The notes beneath the pieces were generated by a model. The model was not told the DNA's origin. It saw only the letters and a list, made by a program, of their open reading frames with translations, and did not search any database. From Coleofasciculus sp. B1-GNL1-01 (GTDB taxonomy: Bacteria > Cyanobacteriota > Cyanobacteriia > Cyanobacteriales > Coleofasciculaceae): a DNA stretch of 54,735 bases. The position numbers were made by a program, and so were the translations under genes. The stretch is taken from the NCBI GenBank assembly GCA_040220235.1, contig JAVJTO010000069.1, one strand, 5' to 3'. How positions within the stretch are numbered: position 1 is the first letter of the stretch; the number at the start of each line of letters is the position of its first letter. Below are positions 49,614 through 54,735 of the stretch, in pieces.

Positions 49614-50603
49614 TCATTTGTCCGTTGTTTTGACCAATGACAAATGACGCTCAAGCGATCGCGCAATTACTTCACTCACCTGCTGATTACCCTGGGGACT
49701 TAAGTGGATGTGATCCCGATACCAGGTTTCTGGGGTTGGCGCGTTGTTGAACAGGGGTAAGCCGTCGATATAGGGAATTTGCTGGTCTTCGGTAAACCCT
49801 TTCAGGCGATTTCGGGCTTTGATTTCATAATCACGGGGTCCGGGTTCGCCAATTTCCCGTAATAGGGGGGTCATGACTAGCAGAAACTCCGCCCCTGCTT
49901 CCTGGGAAAGCCTGTAAGCGTGACCAATGGCATCTAAGTTAAACCCAACGCGATCGCCTTTTTCCGCCCGGACAGCCGCCATTTCCGGTGGAGATTCGTA
50001 GGGCAGAAAACGGTTGATTGCCTCAATCAGGGCTAACGGGGGTCGATGACTGGGGTAATTGCGATCGCGTCCCACGGGGATGGGGGTGGGGGCGGTGGCG
50101 AAGAGGTCATCAGTATTAATCACCAAGACGACAGCTTGGGCGTTGAACGTGCCAAACTTTCGTAGATATGCCAATTCATTCCGAGGTCCCCAGGAATTGG
50201 CGGAGGCGTTGAGAACTTCGATTTGCTCAAATGCGGGTTGAGACGTTAACGGTGTCAATTGAGTAGTCAGCAGGGCGGACAGGGTTTCGTCTTGGTCAGT
50301 CCACCAGCCCCCATTCACGATAGAATCACCGAGTAGTAAAACTCGCAGCGTAGAGGGCGATCGTTCTGGTGTAATTGTATCGCTCCGCATGGAATAGGCA
50401 TTAATGGCAATTCGATTACCCATGCGAGTCGTCTTTTGGTTGGGGGCTAATAAATAGCCAATCTCCTCATCGGCGATATAAATTGGCGGTTTTCCCAAGC
50501 CAAAGAGTAAACGCAAGCCAATTTCTATTGCTACCACCAATCCCAGCAAGACTCCGAGAATGATTAATAATGCTTTCACCCAATCCTCTCCTTTGATGGA
50601 CAA
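49614..50603 (-). CDS. SGNH/GDSL hydrolase-family protein
   Basis: LLLGDS, INTDD and DHIH blocks; N-terminal TM segment. Confidence 0.88.
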   Translation of the reverse strand: MSIKGEDWVKALLIILGVLLGLVVAIEIGLRLLFGLGKPPIYIADEEIGYLLAPNQKTTRMGNRIAINAYSMRSDTITPERSPSTLRVLLLGDSIVNGGWWTDQDETLSALLTTQLTPLTSQPAFEQIEVLNASANSWGPRNELAYLRKFGTFNAQAVVLVINTDDLFATAPTPIPVGRDRNYPSHRPPLALIEAINRFLPYESPPEMAAVRAEKGDRVGFNLDAIGHAYRLSQEAGAEFLLVMTPLLREIGEPGPRDYEIKARNRLKGFTEDQQIPYIDGLPLFNNAPTPETWYRDHIHLSPQGNQQVSEVIARSLERHLSLVKTTDK

Positions 50604-51272
50604 TGACCACTATTCACCCTAATTTAGCCTGAGTAGGGTGTAGGGACACGATATTATCCATCCGTGTCAACTTAAAGAAAACCAATGCTGGCAAGGTTTT
50701 AAACCGTGTCTATCTACTCATCAACATTTCCCCCTCATCCCCTAACCCCTTCTCCCTTGAAATAAAAGCGATAGCATCCTCTGTCCTCCCCCCTCTTGTA
50801 GGGGGGAACGAGGGGGGTGGGAGAAGGGGGATCGGATGCTCTTGCCCCCCTCTCCCGTGCAAAAAAAGCGAAGCATCCTCTGTCATCCCCGTGCCATAAA
50901 AGCGAAGCATCCTTTAGTCTCCCCCTTTTTAAGGGGGACGGAAGGGGGATCGAAAAAGGGGGGAACGAGGGGGGCTGACAGGTGTAGGTTTTTTATTTTA
51001 TGGTTGGGACAAGACAAGGAGGACAAGGAAGGAAAGAAGACAAGGGGGAAAAACCGTACAGAATTAGGTTCGGTCAAACTAACTTCTAAAAGCCGAAACG
51101 CCCTATTTTTCGTTCAACGGTACTGTTGCCTGTTGCCTGTTGCCTGTTCCCTCGCCTCACCCCAACACTTATTCAGCAACCCCTAAATGAAATTGTGTGA
51201 TCAAAACCGTCAAGGCAAGATATATTCAAGTTGGGAAATTCCTTCAATCAGTATAGGAGTGTGTAACAGGAT

Positions 51273-51413
51273 ATGTCAGACCTAAATCGTGGCATCATGA
51301 AGTTTAAGGGAGCAGATAGTCCTCTAGCAATCGTGATTTCGACGGTGTTAGTTCTGGGGGGTATTGCGTTCCTACTGTGGTGGGCATTACAGACGGCTTA
51401 CAATGTGGGTTAA
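51273..51413 (+). CDS. ndhQ: NDH-1L complex small subunit NdhQ
   Basis: 46 aa MSDLNRGIMKFKGADSPLAIVISTVLVLGGIAFLLWWALQTAYNVG, matching the NdhQ pattern NRGIMKF-GADSP-TM-WWALxTAY. Below the ORF-track cutoff. Confidence 0.88.
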   Translation: MSDLNRGIMKFKGADSPLAIVISTVLVLGGIAFLLWWALQTAYNVG

Positions 51414-51609
51414 GTGTCTAATCGTTTGGCAGCAGGAGTAGGACAGGGATCACCTCAAGTCCTACTCTTGATTGTCATTGGTCATTTGTCATTGGTCAGT
51501 GGTCATTGGTAATTGGACATAGGTCATTCGACCTTCGTCCTTTGTACGGGTTTGCGGCTTGTTTACACAACTTAGTACAGTGTTGTTTTCTTTTGTCCGA
51601 CGACTTAAC

Positions 51610-52126
51610 GTAGGCGCGGAAGTCCTCATCCTCAACGTAGTAGGGTGAGGATGGACAGCGGGAAATCGGAAGTATGGAGATTTCCAAATTGCAATTGTTG
51701 GGTTTACTTTTTGACGCTATAATAACAGTAACCCTCCTAGGTCTACATGGTAATGCATGGGCTAAAGATGGCTGGGCTAGGTGTGATAGAGATGTAGTCC
51801 TTGCGCGTTAATGAACTCGACCACCGTTCGCTTTTATAGTGTCCTCCAAAAGAATAGCGCAAGATGCCTAACGGCATTATTCGGTTAGTACAGACGCGCC
51901 ATGGCGCGTCTCTACAACCATAAACCGCGAAAACCAAGCGGACTGACAAAAATTACTGTCTGCGGAAGGCGGACGGCTGCCTGTGGACGCCCTTGTAAGA
52001 CCAATAGAGGATAACCTTTGGAGGCATTGGCGGATGAAGCGGGAAATCCCAAAGACGAATAAAACCGTCCTTGTTTTTAAGGAGTTGGAAGCCCCAACTT
52101 TAGCGAAGCAAGTTGGGGTACTTCAC
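51610..52126 (+). mobile_element. Internally deleted IS200/IS605 (TnpB-type) element with no ORF
   Basis: Left hairpin TCCTCATCCT..AGGGTGAGGA. The right part is GCCTGTGGA..GTAAGACC..GATGAAGCGGGAA..GAAGCCCCAACTT..AAGTTGGGGTACTTCAC. Confidence 0.7.
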
Positions 52127-52187
52127 AACTTTCTACCTTCTACCTTGTCCCATTCCTCCTTCCCGATTTCTCTTAAGGGTTTGGTAA

Positions 52188-53309
<1,122 letters not shown>

Positions 53310-53408
53310 ATTGTCATTTGTCATTTGTAAAGGGTTGAGGACTATTTACGGATGGACGCGATCGCACAATAAAAAGGATACAATGTATCGAGAGTCTATT
53401 ATCGTCCT

Positions 53409-53825
53409 ATGTCTGCCAAGGATCGATTTCACCAAGCTGTCAAGACTGGATTGATTAAAGACGGATGGACGATTACCCATGATCCACTATCCTTAGACTT
53501 TGATAATGCTCGTATCCAGATTGATTTAGGGGGTGAACGTCTGCTAGCAGCAGAGCGAAGTTCTGAAAAAATTGCGGTTGAGGTGAAAAGCTTTCTGGCT
53601 CCGTCCACAATTTATGAATTTCATCTAGCCGTCGGACAATGTTTTAGTTACCAAATTGCGCTGCGATCGCAACAGCCAGAACGTCAGCTTTATCTAGCTG
53701 TACCATTGTTCATCTATGACGAGTTTTTTCGTCGCCCCTTTGCCCAACAAACTATTCAAGAAGCACAAATCAGGTTGTTGGTATATGAACCCATTCAAGA
53801 GGTGATTGTGCAATGGATAAGTTAA
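53409..53825 (+). CDS. xisH: XisH-family protein
   Basis: MSAKDRFHQAVK..KDGWTITHDP..IDLGGE..IAVEVKSF. Confidence 0.93.
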   Translation: MSAKDRFHQAVKTGLIKDGWTITHDPLSLDFDNARIQIDLGGERLLAAERSSEKIAVEVKSFLAPSTIYEFHLAVGQCFSYQIALRSQQPERQLYLAVPLFIYDEFFRRPFAQQTIQEAQIRLLVYEPIQEVIVQWIS

Positions 53826-54148
53826 GTCAATATCGTGATTGGATTCAACGAGTTTTAGAGAAATATAGTCAAGTTAAACCTGCCAATGGAGAAATTGAGG
53901 TCTATAAATTCTTTGATCATCAAGATGACCACTATCAGGTTTTTCATGCAGGATGGAATCAATATCGTCGAGTGTTTGGTCCACTAATCCATATTGACAT
54001 TATTGATGGCAAGATCTGGATTCAGTATGATGGAACAGAGGTGGGTGTGGCGAATGAATTAGTGGACTTCGGTGTACCTAAGCACGATATTGTACTCGCT
54101 TATCATGCTCCCATAATGCGCCCGTATGATGGGTTTGCGGTTGGGTAA
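53813..54148 (+). CDS. xisI: XisI-family protein
   Basis: HIDIIDGKIWIQYDGTEVGVANELV..GVPKHDIVL. Confidence 0.93.
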   Translation: MDKLSQYRDWIQRVLEKYSQVKPANGEIEVYKFFDHQDDHYQVFHAGWNQYRRVFGPLIHIDIIDGKIWIQYDGTEVGVANELVDFGVPKHDIVLAYHAPIMRPYDGFAVG

Positions 54149-54344
54149 ATCTTTGGAAAAAAGTAGGTTGGTGGAAATAAAGTCAATAAGCAAGATCCCC
54201 GACTTCTCCAAGAAGTCGGGGAAATGGTAATCAATTCTATTTTCGCGATCGCATCCAACAAATGTAGGGGCGGGTTTAGGGATTAAATGAGTAGATAAAC
54301 CTCTTAAACTGAACACCGAAACCCGCCCGGATAAGCTGCGATCA

Positions 54345-54594
54345 CTAACTAAACATGGCTAAACCGCCTACGGCTAACATGCCAGCAAAAGCCGCAACTG
54401 CGACGGAAGTAAGCGCCGTACCAAACAACCACCAAGCCGCCGTTGCAGCAGCTTTTCGGGTTTCTTGCACTTGTTTCTTGGCATTGTGCTTGAGTTGTTT
54501 AACCCGTTTTTGAGCTTCCTCTTGCAGGCGTTCGGCGCGGCTGAGTACGCGATCGCGTCGGGATTCAGTTCTTCTTTGTTCGTATGGCGTAGAA
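54345..54594 (-). pseudogene. C-terminal remnant of a membrane-anchored coiled-coil protein, cut by an IS
   Basis: RDRVLSRAERLQEEAQKRVKQLK..ETRKAAATAAWWLFGTALTSVAVAAFAGMLAVGGLAMFS*; no start before the IS end. Confidence 0.7.
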
Positions 54595-54735
54595 TATAGC
54601 AGCCCTAAATAGGTCGCAACAGATATAATAGTAATAATACATCCCTAGGAAAAGGACACAAAATGAACATTATAGATGAACTAGCTGATTTTATCAATCA
54701 GACAAAAGAGTCCAAAGAAATTAAGAGGGCTTTGG
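54595..54735 (+). mobile_element. Left end of a probable IS630-family element; transposase starts at 54663 (partial)
   Basis: TA-TAGC end, abrupt AT-rich shift, and ORF MNIIDELADFINQTKESKEIKRAL resembling cyanobacterial IS630 N-termini. Confidence 0.65.

Noticed and set aside
50700..51190. Small ORFs 50710-51186
   Set aside because: The region is a mosaic of C/G-rich hairpin repeats and TGTTGCC heptamers; not protein-like.

Overview
Chromosomal window from a filamentous cyanobacterium. HIP1 octamers (GCGATCGC), heptamer tandem repeats, ycf3, ccmP and ndhQ support this; an Oscillatoriales/Coleofasciculus-like host is inferred. Core genes (aroA, gatC, ycf3, ccmP, queC, ndhQ, an aldehyde dehydrogenase, transporters) are mixed with many accessory elements. 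These include a partial IscB, an apparently intact IsrB element with its omega-RNA and a predictable guide and TAM, an orphan TnpB-type right end (omega-RNA) with no nuclease, nested IS1634 relics, the start of an IS630, and several TA-inserting MITE and REP-doublet families. There is also a Septu-like ATPase+HNH pair, Uma2 and GIY-YIG nucleases, and xisHI. The least explained structure is at 33.2-36.0 kb: four tandem small XRE-HTH genes. Two of them each face a divergent, operator-overlapped promoter followed by a paralogous hairpin RNA that shares TTCCTCnGTGTCTTAyAT. No CRISPR array, rRNA or tRNA was seen. All calls are by eye; no searches were run.
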